50,849 nucleotides of DNA, taken from NCBI GenBank assembly GCA_964634315.1, contig CAZWIR010000001.1, forward strand, positions 17,317 through 68,165, given 5' to 3'. The stretch is from an uncultured Planctomycetia bacterium (GTDB taxonomy: Bacteria; Omnitrophota; Gorgyraeia; Duberdicusellales; 4484-171). Shown piece after piece: positions 26,089 through 35,937 of the stretch (its first letter is position 1; each line of letters opens with the position of its first letter). Under the pieces are notes generated by a model, which was not told where the DNA came from, did no database searches, and was given only the letters and a program-made list of their open reading frames with translations. A program made the translations under genes and the position numbers.

Positions 26089-28017
26089 ATGATTGAGAAG
26101 AATAGAATTTATGACGATTTCCTAAAGAGCTTCCGTATAGCTCTAACGAATACCTCTGTTTATTTTAAAGAGCATCCACTTTTTGTAAAATCTGTAGATA
26201 GCTTAAGAAAGAATATTAATGTACTTATGCTTTCAGTAAGTCCTTTTAGGATTGGTATTACCCCTGATTCGTTAGTGTTTGGTAAGGAGCATTTAAAAGG
26301 GGCAAGAATGTATGAGGAGATGGCTACTTTTTTTCACCATCGGAAGGTAAAAGCAGTAATTTTTAGCCAAGGCGTAAACAATCAAGAGTTAATCTCTTTT
26401 CTTATTAATGCAAATTTATCACCTAAGGATATTTTGCTCAAAGGTGGTTTAAGTAATATTTTAAAAGAAGTGAATCTTAGGTATATTTTAGCTGAGGATT
26501 TAGATTATTCACAACTTTTAAAGGATGAAGGCGAGGATTACAGCGATATTTGGTTATTTTTGTTAAGAAAAAGCCTTAAACAAGGTGATTCTGAAAGAGT
26601 AAATGTTTTAGCTAACGATTTCGAAAAGGTATTGAAAAAGCTTCGAATTGGCGATTTAGCAGAAAACAAAGAGATAAGGGGAAGTATCAGAGAGCTTTTT
26701 GACTATCTTAAAGGCAAAGATGCCGATAAATTGTCACGGTGTTCTAAGGAATTAACAAAGTTAGTTATAAAAGATGGGGGTCAGTTAGATCAGACCCAGA
26801 CCGAGAAGATCAAAGAGTTATTTAAGAATATGGATGCTAAGGACATTTCTAATGCTTTGCTAGAACAGCTTAAAGATGGAAAAAAGGATGATTCTTTAAG
26901 TTTAAATTTGTTTTCCAAATTCATAAATAGGGATAATCAAGAAGGAGTTGCTGTATTCTTGACAGAAAAGTTGGAGAGTGAAGAGCAGTTAAAGAACGAC
27001 CCGAAGGTAATTGCTGGAATTAAAGAATTAGTTACTTCACCTGATTTTTTAATCTATGAGTCGAAAGTTTATCATGACAATCTTGCGGAAATTTTAGAGA
27101 ATATTACCTTAAAGGAGGGTTTGCATTTTAATCGTGATCAAGTTGCAGAAAACTATCGTCTTATTATGCTTGACCTTTTTGTTTTAGAATTAAGCTCAAA
27201 ACGATTAGGGTTAGTTTTAGCCGCTATCTTGGGTGAATTGGATAAGGCTTTAGGGATAAATGACCTAAAGTATGTAGAGAGTTTTAAAAAGGCTTTAGAT
27301 AAGAAGAAAGAAGATCCAAATTCTAAATCTATTTTTGCCGAAATTAATAAGGAAATATCTGTATTTGTGGAAAAGGCTATCTTTAATGAAGACTATGCTT
27401 TTGATTTAGGATTTTTAATAGATGTTGTAGTTTCTAGTGGTACTGAAGTAAACTTCTATCTTGATAAGATATTCAAGGAGGGGAAAGTTAACCCGTATAT
27501 TCTCAAGCTGTTTTTTAAGTTATTCCCAGACCAATTGTCTTCTTTTTGTGCTGGCTTGGATAAAAAAGTCTCTGATCTTCGATTTATCGAAGAGCTTATG
27601 AAAAGTTTAGTCATGATTAAGCCAGCTTTAAGTTTAGAAGTTCTTAAGCATATTTTTTCTTCGGCCAATAACTTCGTAAAATTAAAGGTTTTAGAAAAGA
27701 TAGAAGAATTACACATAGAAGATGAAGGGTTCTTATTTTCGGTTATTGATAAAGGGGAATTTTTGCAGCGCAGGGGGGCTCTCTCACTTTTAATTAAAAA
27801 TCCTTCTTCGTGTTCGAAAATTGCCCAGATACTTTTGGCTATTCCTAATCCTTTTGGATTAAAAAGTAAGATTATTAAAGAGAACTTAAAGCTTGTGAGT
27901 GAAGTTCCTTTTCCTGAAGCTAAAGCTTACTTAGTTACTTTAGGTAAGTACAGGTTTTTTTGGAATCGAAAGATACGAATAAAAGCTAAGGAAATTTTAA
28001 AGAAAAATGGGATTTGA
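26089..28017 (+). CDS. Hypothetical 642-aa protein: N-terminal module shared with the downstream HD-GYP protein, then a long helical region
   Basis: A long ORF with no competing frame, whose stop overlaps the next start by 11 nt. Its N-terminal ~130 aa align with the N-terminus of ORF 28007. No catalytic motif was recognised. Confidence 0.6.
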   Translation: MIEKNRIYDDFLKSFRIALTNTSVYFKEHPLFVKSVDSLRKNINVLMLSVSPFRIGITPDSLVFGKEHLKGARMYEEMATFFHHRKVKAVIFSQGVNNQELISFLINANLSPKDILLKGGLSNILKEVNLRYILAEDLDYSQLLKDEGEDYSDIWLFLLRKSLKQGDSERVNVLANDFEKVLKKLRIGDLAENKEIRGSIRELFDYLKGKDADKLSRCSKELTKLVIKDGGQLDQTQTEKIKELFKNMDAKDISNALLEQLKDGKKDDSLSLNLFSKFINRDNQEGVAVFLTEKLESEEQLKNDPKVIAGIKELVTSPDFLIYESKVYHDNLAEILENITLKEGLHFNRDQVAENYRLIMLDLFVLELSSKRLGLVLAAILGELDKALGINDLKYVESFKKALDKKKEDPNSKSIFAEINKEISVFVEKAIFNEDYAFDLGFLIDVVVSSGTEVNFYLDKIFKEGKVNPYILKLFFKLFPDQLSSFCAGLDKKVSDLRFIEELMKSLVMIKPALSLEVLKHIFSSANNFVKLKVLEKIEELHIEDEGFLFSVIDKGEFLQRRGALSLLIKNPSSCSKIAQILLAIPNPFGLKSKIIKENLKLVSEVPFPEAKAYLVTLGKYRFFWNRKIRIKAKEILKKNGI

Positions 28018-29344
28018 AGAAACTAAACTTTTTTTAAAGAATTTCATGTCATCTTGGCAAACCGCTCGGATATATGGCGTTGAGCATAAGTTATTTTTAG
28101 AGTCTCTCGAGAAAACTTATAGCACTTTGCTAGCGTCATTAGGTGGTAAAAATGAATTAGTTATTGGTATATTGGAAAAGGAATTGGCTAGTGGAGAGAA
28201 TATATTTTTCGAATTGAGTGAGAAAGTAATCCAGCCAATTACTCATCTTAAAAAGATAGATATTGAGAGAATTATTTTTCACAAAGGAGTATCCAAAGAA
28301 GAATTAATTAAATTTACCTCTTTTCTTATTACTCCGGTTGAAGAGATAAATCATGCGTCTCAAGAGTATGTTTCTGCTGCCGGAATAAAGAATATTGAGG
28401 TTGGCAAAATCAAGGCTCCAGGTGAAGATTCTTTAAACCAAAGTAAAGAAAAGGAAAATGAGCTTGTGCATTATAAGGTGTTATTAGATAGGCTTTCCCT
28501 GCTACTGGGAGGGTTGATTGACGGTGATGCGGTTGATAGCTTGGGTTTGAAATACATCGCCAACGATATTATGGATAATCTAAAAGGCGGGTATCAAATT
28601 TTTTCTAAGCTTAGACAAGTAAAAAGTTATGATATGGCAACCTTTGTACACCTTTTAAATGTAAGCATCCTGGCGATTTATTTTTCGAACAAATTAGGAT
28701 TTTCACGTGATGACTGCTTGGATATTGGTGCGGCGGGATTATTCCATGATATTGGCAAACTTTATATTGCTAAAAAGATTATTCAAAAGGCCGACAAACT
28801 TGATCAGGAAGAGTTTGATAAGGTAAAGGGTCACACTGTCCTTGGAGCAGAGATCCTATTAAGGCATATAGATAGTTTAACAATCTTACCAGTAGTAGTT
28901 GCTTTTGAACATCATCTGAGATATGATTTAGGGGGTTATCCTAAATTATTTTTTCCTCATAAGATTCACATTGCTTCTTCAATTGTTGCAATTTGTGATG
29001 TCTATGATGCTCTTACTCAGAGAAGATCTTATAAAAGAGACTATTCTCCGGAGAAAATCTACGAGTTGATGATTAAAGATAAGAATAAAAGATTTGATCC
29101 CAAGCTTTTAGATAGTTTTTTTAAGGCTATGGGAGTTTGGCCACGGAAAACTATTGTCCGTCTTGAGGATGGAAGGATAGGCATAGTTAGACAAGTGAAT
29201 GAAAATGATATATTCTCACCGGTTATAGAGGTAGTTGATGGCGGCCCAAAAGAACTGATAGATTTAAAAGTTAAAAAAGAGACAAAGATAAAACATTCGC
29301 TCAATCCTTTAGGAGAGGGTAAGGATTATGTTGATTTAACGTAG
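28007..29344 (+). CDS. HD-GYP domain c-di-GMP phosphodiesterase with an uncharacterised N-terminal domain
   Basis: GLFHDIGKL (HD), HHLRYDLGGYP (HHxxxDxxGYP) and ICDVYDALTQRRSYK. Confidence 0.85.
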   Translation: MGFEETKLFLKNFMSSWQTARIYGVEHKLFLESLEKTYSTLLASLGGKNELVIGILEKELASGENIFFELSEKVIQPITHLKKIDIERIIFHKGVSKEELIKFTSFLITPVEEINHASQEYVSAAGIKNIEVGKIKAPGEDSLNQSKEKENELVHYKVLLDRLSLLLGGLIDGDAVDSLGLKYIANDIMDNLKGGYQIFSKLRQVKSYDMATFVHLLNVSILAIYFSNKLGFSRDDCLDIGAAGLFHDIGKLYIAKKIIQKADKLDQEEFDKVKGHTVLGAEILLRHIDSLTILPVVVAFEHHLRYDLGGYPKLFFPHKIHIASSIVAICDVYDALTQRRSYKRDYSPEKIYELMIKDKNKRFDPKLLDSFFKAMGVWPRKTIVRLEDGRIGIVRQVNENDIFSPVIEVVDGGPKELIDLKVKKETKIKHSLNPLGEGKDYVDLT

Positions 29345-29366
29345 GTAGAGATATGCCTAGGCAAAG

Positions 29367-30482
29367 ATGAAAAAAGTACATATTTTCCATATATCTGAGT
29401 TCGGCGGCCACAATAAAGCTGCTCAGAATCTAAAAGAAGCTCTTTTTTATAAGAATCCTCAAGTGGATGTTCTGAGCTTAAATGGTTTTGGTTACTTTTA
29501 TCCCCGAGGAGAAAAAATAATCAACTCTATTTATATTACGGTTATAAAGCATTTTCCACATCTTTGGGGAAGGGCTTATGATCGTCGTAAAGTGATAAAA
29601 GCACTCACTCCTTACCGTAAAGCAATAAATAAATTTGCATTTTCACGATTAAATAAGTTGGTTATTCAACAGCCACCTAGTTGTTTTGTGGCTACTCAGG
29701 CTTTTCCTTGTGGTTTAATTGCTGACTTTAAAGCTAAGAAGGGTTTAGATGTTCCTTTGATTGCAATAGTGACCGATTACCATCCTCATCGTTTTTGGGT
29801 TCATCCTCTTGTTGACAGATATATTGTTGCTTGCCAAGAAGCAAAAAATGTTTTAATCAGCGAAGGCATTAGTGAAGAGAAAGTAAAAATTCTAGGAATA
29901 CCTATATCAGTAAAATTTCTGACTACCTATCCTAAAATCCAAATTAGTAAAGAGCTGGGATTTGTCAGTGACTTGGATACTGTGTTAATTATGGGAGGCG
30001 GATTAGGTATTGGGCCAATAAAAGTTATTGCTAAAAAATTAGATTCTCTCAAACATGATTTCCAGATGATAGTAGTCTGTGGTCGGAACAAGAAACTCCA
30101 TGATTGGTTCTTAAGGAAGGAGACAAAATTTAAAAAGCCACTTTTTGTATTTGGTTATACAGAAGATATCCATAAAGTTATGGATTTTGCTGACATCATC
30201 ATTACTAAGGGTGGAGGGATAACTATCTCGGAAGCTTTGGCTAAAGGTTTATGTATAATTACAACCCATCCGATTCCTGGTCAGGAGGAGCGTAATGTGC
30301 AATATCTTTCTAAGATAAAAGCAATAATCGAAGCTGACCATGCTAGCGAGATAGGCGAGGTTGTTGAAAGACTGCTTATGAATAAGAAAGAAATGTATTC
30401 TTTAAGGGAAAGGGCAAAGGAGAATTCTTTTATTGATTCTTCCTTAAGGATAGTTGATTTAATTTTAGAACTGATAAGTTAA
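29367..30482 (+). CDS. MGDG-synthase/UgtP-like diacylglycerol glycosyltransferase (GT28 family)
   Basis: The N-terminal MGDG-synthase-like half has FGGHNKAAQNL and VTDYHPHRFW. The GT-B C-terminal half has MGGGLGIGP, ITKGGGITISEALAKG and PGQEERN. Confidence 0.7.
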   Translation: MKKVHIFHISEFGGHNKAAQNLKEALFYKNPQVDVLSLNGFGYFYPRGEKIINSIYITVIKHFPHLWGRAYDRRKVIKALTPYRKAINKFAFSRLNKLVIQQPPSCFVATQAFPCGLIADFKAKKGLDVPLIAIVTDYHPHRFWVHPLVDRYIVACQEAKNVLISEGISEEKVKILGIPISVKFLTTYPKIQISKELGFVSDLDTVLIMGGGLGIGPIKVIAKKLDSLKHDFQMIVVCGRNKKLHDWFLRKETKFKKPLFVFGYTEDIHKVMDFADIIITKGGGITISEALAKGLCIITTHPIPGQEERNVQYLSKIKAIIEADHASEIGEVVERLLMNKKEMYSLRERAKENSFIDSSLRIVDLILELIS

Positions 30483-31333
30483 TGTATTATCTCTACCTTT
30501 TTGGAAGCCTATTAACTTCAACTTTTTCCCGAAACGCTTGCTATTTATTTGCTCAATTTGTCTCGATAATGCACTATTACCTTTCCAAGAAAGATCGTGA
30601 GACTGTAGCCTATAATCTTTCTCCAGTAATTTCAGAGAAGAAAAAAATAAAAAAGTATGCTCAGAAAGTATTTATTAATTTTGCCTATTATTTAGTAGAC
30701 TTTTTTCGCTACTCAAAGCTAAATCAAGACTTTATAAAAAAGAACATAGAACTAGAGGGTTTGGAGAATTTGAATAAAGCCTTGGCTAAATGTAAAGGAG
30801 TTATTGTTCTTACTGCTCATTTGGGAAATTATGAGTTAGCTGGAGCAGTTCTATCTCTTCTAGGCTATCCATTGTCAGTAGTTGCTCTTCCTCATAAAGA
30901 TAAACGGATAAATAAATTTTTTGATCGACAGCGTCAAAGAGTAGGGGTGAAAGTAATCTCTACCGGAACGACTATCCGAAGTTGTTTTTCGGCTCTAAAG
31001 AGCGGAGATTTGCTTGCCCTTTTAGGAGATAGGAATTTCTCAGGTGCAGGCATAAAACTTAATATGTTCTCTCGGCAAGCTTATTTTCCTCGAGGAATAG
31101 CTTTTTTTGCCCTAAAAACCGGGGCGCCTATTATTCCTATTTTTTTGATTCGTAAAAATAGAAAGTTCTACCATTTAGTTTGTGAAAAACCGATTATCTA
31201 TGATAAGGAGAAACGAGATGAGGTTTCGATAATGAAGAAGTGTAATCTGGTGCTAGAAAAATACATAAAGAAATATCCTCAGCAGTGGTACATGTTCCAG
31301 AGACGCTGGGTTACTGAGGAGTTAGAAGCTTAG
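30482..31333 (+). CDS. Lysophospholipid acyltransferase family protein (LpxL/HtrB/PatA-like)
   Basis: N-terminal hydrophobic segment, an HX4E motif (LTAHLGNYEL), LLGDRNF and a C-terminal YPQQWYMFQRRW typical of the family. The ATG overlaps the upstream stop (TAATG). Confidence 0.7.
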   Translation: MYYLYLFGSLLTSTFSRNACYLFAQFVSIMHYYLSKKDRETVAYNLSPVISEKKKIKKYAQKVFINFAYYLVDFFRYSKLNQDFIKKNIELEGLENLNKALAKCKGVIVLTAHLGNYELAGAVLSLLGYPLSVVALPHKDKRINKFFDRQRQRVGVKVISTGTTIRSCFSALKSGDLLALLGDRNFSGAGIKLNMFSRQAYFPRGIAFFALKTGAPIIPIFLIRKNRKFYHLVCEKPIIYDKEKRDEVSIMKKCNLVLEKYIKKYPQQWYMFQRRWVTEELEA

Positions 31334-31995
31334 TGAAAGTTTGGATTATAATCCCTGCCTACAATCAGAGATTTCGTTTAGCTGGTATTCTCGATGAGCT
31401 AAAGTGTAAGAATTTATCTATTCTAGTGGTAGATGATGGCTCAATAGATAATACTTATGAGGTGGCTAAGAAAAAAGCTAATTTTGTTATTAGAAATGAG
31501 AAAAATTTAGGCAAAGGAATGTCCCTAAATAAAGGAATCAATTACCTGCTCAAAAATACTGACTTTGATTATTTAGTTGCCATGGATGCTGATGGGCAGC
31601 ACTCACCTTCAGATTTAGATAAGTTTTTGAAAAAGGCAGAAGATGGGGCCTATTTTATTGTTGGGGATAGGATGTCTAATCCTATTGGTATGCCGAAACT
31701 ACGGATTATGACAAACAAGTTTATGTCTTGGCTTATTTCTCGAATAGCTAGACAAAAAATTCCCGATACTCAATGCGGATTCCGTTTGATTAAAAGAGAA
31801 GTTTTAGAGAAGATAAAAATAAAGACAAATAACTTTGAAATCGAGTCTGAAATCTTGATAAAAGCTGCCCGTTTTGGATTTCCGATAAAGAGCGTGCCGG
31901 TAAGGAGTATTTATTTTAAAAGCTTGAATAGCAGAATCAATCCCTTTGTAGATACAATAAGGTTTATAAAATTTATCTTACAATTGGAAAAATAA
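31333..31995 (+). CDS. Family 2 glycosyltransferase (DPM1/polyprenol-phosphate GT-like)
   Basis: IIIPAYNQ, VVDDGSIDNT, MDADGQH (DxD) and QCGFR. The GTG start shares 1 nt with the upstream stop. Confidence 0.8.
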   Translation: MKVWIIIPAYNQRFRLAGILDELKCKNLSILVVDDGSIDNTYEVAKKKANFVIRNEKNLGKGMSLNKGINYLLKNTDFDYLVAMDADGQHSPSDLDKFLKKAEDGAYFIVGDRMSNPIGMPKLRIMTNKFMSWLISRIARQKIPDTQCGFRLIKREVLEKIKIKTNNFEIESEILIKAARFGFPIKSVPVRSIYFKSLNSRINPFVDTIRFIKFILQLEK

Positions 31996-32003
31996 TTTAA
32001 GAG

Positions 32004-32474
32004 GTGAGCATGATTGGAGTTAATGAGTTTAAAATAGTAGGCGTAGCAGCTTTACCTATTTTTGAATTAAGAGGGGCAATTCCATTGGGTTGTCAACTTT
32101 TAGGAATGTCGGACATAGGTAAAGTTTATTTTTTAGCTCTCTTAGGTAACCTAATTCCGGTCTTGCCTTTACTATTGTTTTTTAAGTATTTTTTTCATCA
32201 CCTTAAGAATATAAAGTTTATCGGTAAATTATTTAAATGGTGGTTTCAGAGAGTAGAGAGAAAGTCGAAGCTCGTAGAGCGTTGGGGATTTTGGGGGTTG
32301 GTTCTTTTTGTGGCTATACCTTTGCCAATAACCGGAGCTTGGACTGGAACAGCAGCTGCGACTCTATTTGAGATTAAGGTAAAAAGAGCTTTTTTGGCTA
32401 TTTTACTGGGAGTTGCCATTGCTGGTGTAATCGTAAGTCTATTAGTTAAGTTAGTGATGTGGCCCATCTCATAA
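32004..32474 (+). CDS. Small polytopic membrane protein (COG2426 / putative small multidrug-export family)
   Basis: 156 aa and four hydrophobic helices, with a LPIFELRGAIPLG motif near the N-terminus. The start is GTG 32004 or ATG 32010. Confidence 0.55.
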   Translation: MSMIGVNEFKIVGVAALPIFELRGAIPLGCQLLGMSDIGKVYFLALLGNLIPVLPLLLFFKYFFHHLKNIKFIGKLFKWWFQRVERKSKLVERWGFWGLVLFVAIPLPITGAWTGTAAATLFEIKVKRAFLAILLGVAIAGVIVSLLVKLVMWPIS

Positions 32475-32528
32475 TATTTAATAAATAATTAGACATCTTT
32501 GACAAAAGTAATAAAATACTCAATATAA

Positions 32529-33881
<1,353 letters not shown>

Positions 33882-33931
33882 GCAAGGTTTGTTGATCTAG
33901 AAAAATACAAATCTTATTAAGGAGGAGAATT

Positions 33932-35437
33932 ATGAAAGATGTAGAGATAGCAATGAATCCTAACAAGATAGTACGGTATTTGAGAAAACTTCCGGAAGAG
34001 TTTACTAAAAAAGACCTGATTAAATTTATAGAGAATAATAAGATTGAGATGGTCAACCTCCGCTATGTAGGAGGAGATGACAGGTTAAAGACTCTCAATT
34101 TTGTGATTACCAGCAAGAGTCAGCTGGATCGGTTACTTTCCGTAGGGGAAAGAGTGGACGGTTCCAGTTTATTTTCTTATATTGATTCAGCTTCAAGCGA
34201 TTTATATGTCATACCTCGTTATAGGACTGCTTTTCTAAATCCATTTTCCGAGATTCCGGCAGTGGACATACTTTGTTCATATTATACGAATCAAGGAATT
34301 CCGCTTGCAAGTTCCCCGGAAAATATTGTTAGAAAAGCAGATCAGGCGTTAAAAAAGAGTACCGGTTTAACTTTGGAAGCTATGGGTGAGCTTGAATATT
34401 ATATTTTTCGCCAAAAATCTCCCCTTTATTTAGTTACAGCTCAAAAAGGTTATCATGAGTCTGCTCCATTCTCTAAGTGTGAGAGTTTAAAATGTAAAGC
34501 CATGCAGGCTATTGCTCAGGCCGGAGGAAAAATAAAGTATTCCCATTCTGAAGTAGGCCATTTCTACGAAGAAAATCAAGAAATAGAACAACAAGAAATT
34601 GAGTTTTTACCGGTCCCTTTAATAGATGCGGCCGACCAAATCGCTATTGCCAAGTGGGCATTAAGGATGGTAGGACAGATGTATGGTGTTGCTGTTAGTT
34701 TTGCTCCTAAAATTCTTGTTGGGCATGCCGGCAGTGGACTTCATGTTCACACAAAACTTAGCAAGGCTGGGAAGAACGTGATGGTTGAAGGGGGTAAGTT
34801 AAGTGATGTAGCCAAAAGGGCTATTGCTGGGCATTTGAATTTGGCATCTTCTTTAACCGCCTTCGGGAACACTGTTCCTCTTTCTTATCTGAGATTGGTT
34901 CCTCATCAGGAAGCACCGACAAATATATGCTGGGGTGATAGAAACAGGTCGGTGTTAGTAAGAGTTCCTTTGGGATGGCGCAGTGGCGTAGACAGTATGT
35001 TAAGGGATGCTAATCCTCAAGAGAAAGAAAAAGTTGTTAGAGTTGACGATAAACAGACAGTAGAATTTCGTTGTCCGGATGGTTCTGCCAATATTTATCT
35101 TTTGCTGGCAGGCTTGGCTGTAGCAACCCGTCATGGATTAGAGATGAAAAATGCTTTAGAGTTGGCTGATAAACTCTATGTTGATGTAAATATTTTTTCT
35201 GATGAATATAAGAAAATCCAGGAGAGTCTGCCTCAGTTGCCTACTTCATGTCAGGAGTCAGCTGAAAATCTTTTAAAAGATAGGCAGATATACGAGAAAG
35301 ATGGGGTTTTTTCTCCTGCAACCATTGAAGGGGTGGCCAAAAAGCTTAAGAGTTACAATGATAAGGAACTAAGCGAGAAGCTGCATGATAAAAAGGATGA
35401 AATTAAAAAGCTGATAGATAAATATTTTTATATTTAA
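33932..35437 (+). CDS. Glutamine synthetase family protein (divergent, 501 aa)
   Basis: Beta-grasp N-domain with ERVDGSSLF, and a catalytic domain with HAGSGLHVHT and WGDRNRSVLVRVP. The GS subtype cannot be assigned by eye. Confidence 0.8.
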   Translation: MKDVEIAMNPNKIVRYLRKLPEEFTKKDLIKFIENNKIEMVNLRYVGGDDRLKTLNFVITSKSQLDRLLSVGERVDGSSLFSYIDSASSDLYVIPRYRTAFLNPFSEIPAVDILCSYYTNQGIPLASSPENIVRKADQALKKSTGLTLEAMGELEYYIFRQKSPLYLVTAQKGYHESAPFSKCESLKCKAMQAIAQAGGKIKYSHSEVGHFYEENQEIEQQEIEFLPVPLIDAADQIAIAKWALRMVGQMYGVAVSFAPKILVGHAGSGLHVHTKLSKAGKNVMVEGGKLSDVAKRAIAGHLNLASSLTAFGNTVPLSYLRLVPHQEAPTNICWGDRNRSVLVRVPLGWRSGVDSMLRDANPQEKEKVVRVDDKQTVEFRCPDGSANIYLLLAGLAVATRHGLEMKNALELADKLYVDVNIFSDEYKKIQESLPQLPTSCQESAENLLKDRQIYEKDGVFSPATIEGVAKKLKSYNDKELSEKLHDKKDEIKKLIDKYFYI

Positions 35438-35463
35438 AATATCTGCCTAAAAAAGCTACTTAA

Positions 35464-35937
35464 ATGAAACTTGATCTTTCTGATACAAAAAAAATAATTC
35501 AGCAATACCGTAATAAAAAGGGTGTATTAATCCCGTTATTGCAGGATATTCAGGCTGTCTATGGGTATGTTCCTAAAGAAGCTATAGATTTGATAGCAAA
35601 AGAGTTATCCTTCTATCCCGTGGAAATTTACGGAGTACTGACATTTTATACCCAGTTTTATCTTAATCCCCGGGGGGAACATATTATTAAAGTTTGTCAA
35701 GGTACTGCTTGTCATGTTATGGGTGGAAAAGAGATCCTTGACTATCTGTCGGATAAATTAGGAATAAGTGAGGGGGAGACCACAAAAGATGGTGTATTCT
35801 CTTTAGAAAGGGTTGCTTGCCTTGGATGTTGCGGTATGGCACCAGTTGTTAAGATTGATAATGATTTTTACGGAAGATGTACGGTTGGGGAGTTAGATGA
35901 ACTTGTAAAAAAGTATAAATCAAAAAAGGTTAGATAG
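35464..35937 (+). CDS. NuoE/HydC-like thioredoxin-fold [2Fe-2S] subunit
   Basis: CQGTACHVMG...CLGCCGMAP cluster motif. 157 aa. Confidence 0.85.
   Translation: MKLDLSDTKKIIQQYRNKKGVLIPLLQDIQAVYGYVPKEAIDLIAKELSFYPVEIYGVLTFYTQFYLNPRGEHIIKVCQGTACHVMGGKEILDYLSDKLGISEGETTKDGVFSLERVACLGCCGMAPVVKIDNDFYGRCTVGELDELVKKYKSKKVR

Noticed and set aside
26089-28017. Whether the 642-aa protein could itself be a cryptic FtsZ/tubulin.
   Set aside because: It has no GGGTG(T/S)G or other tubulin signature, and its N-terminus is instead shared with the HD-GYP protein. I cannot support a tubulin-like assignment from sequence.
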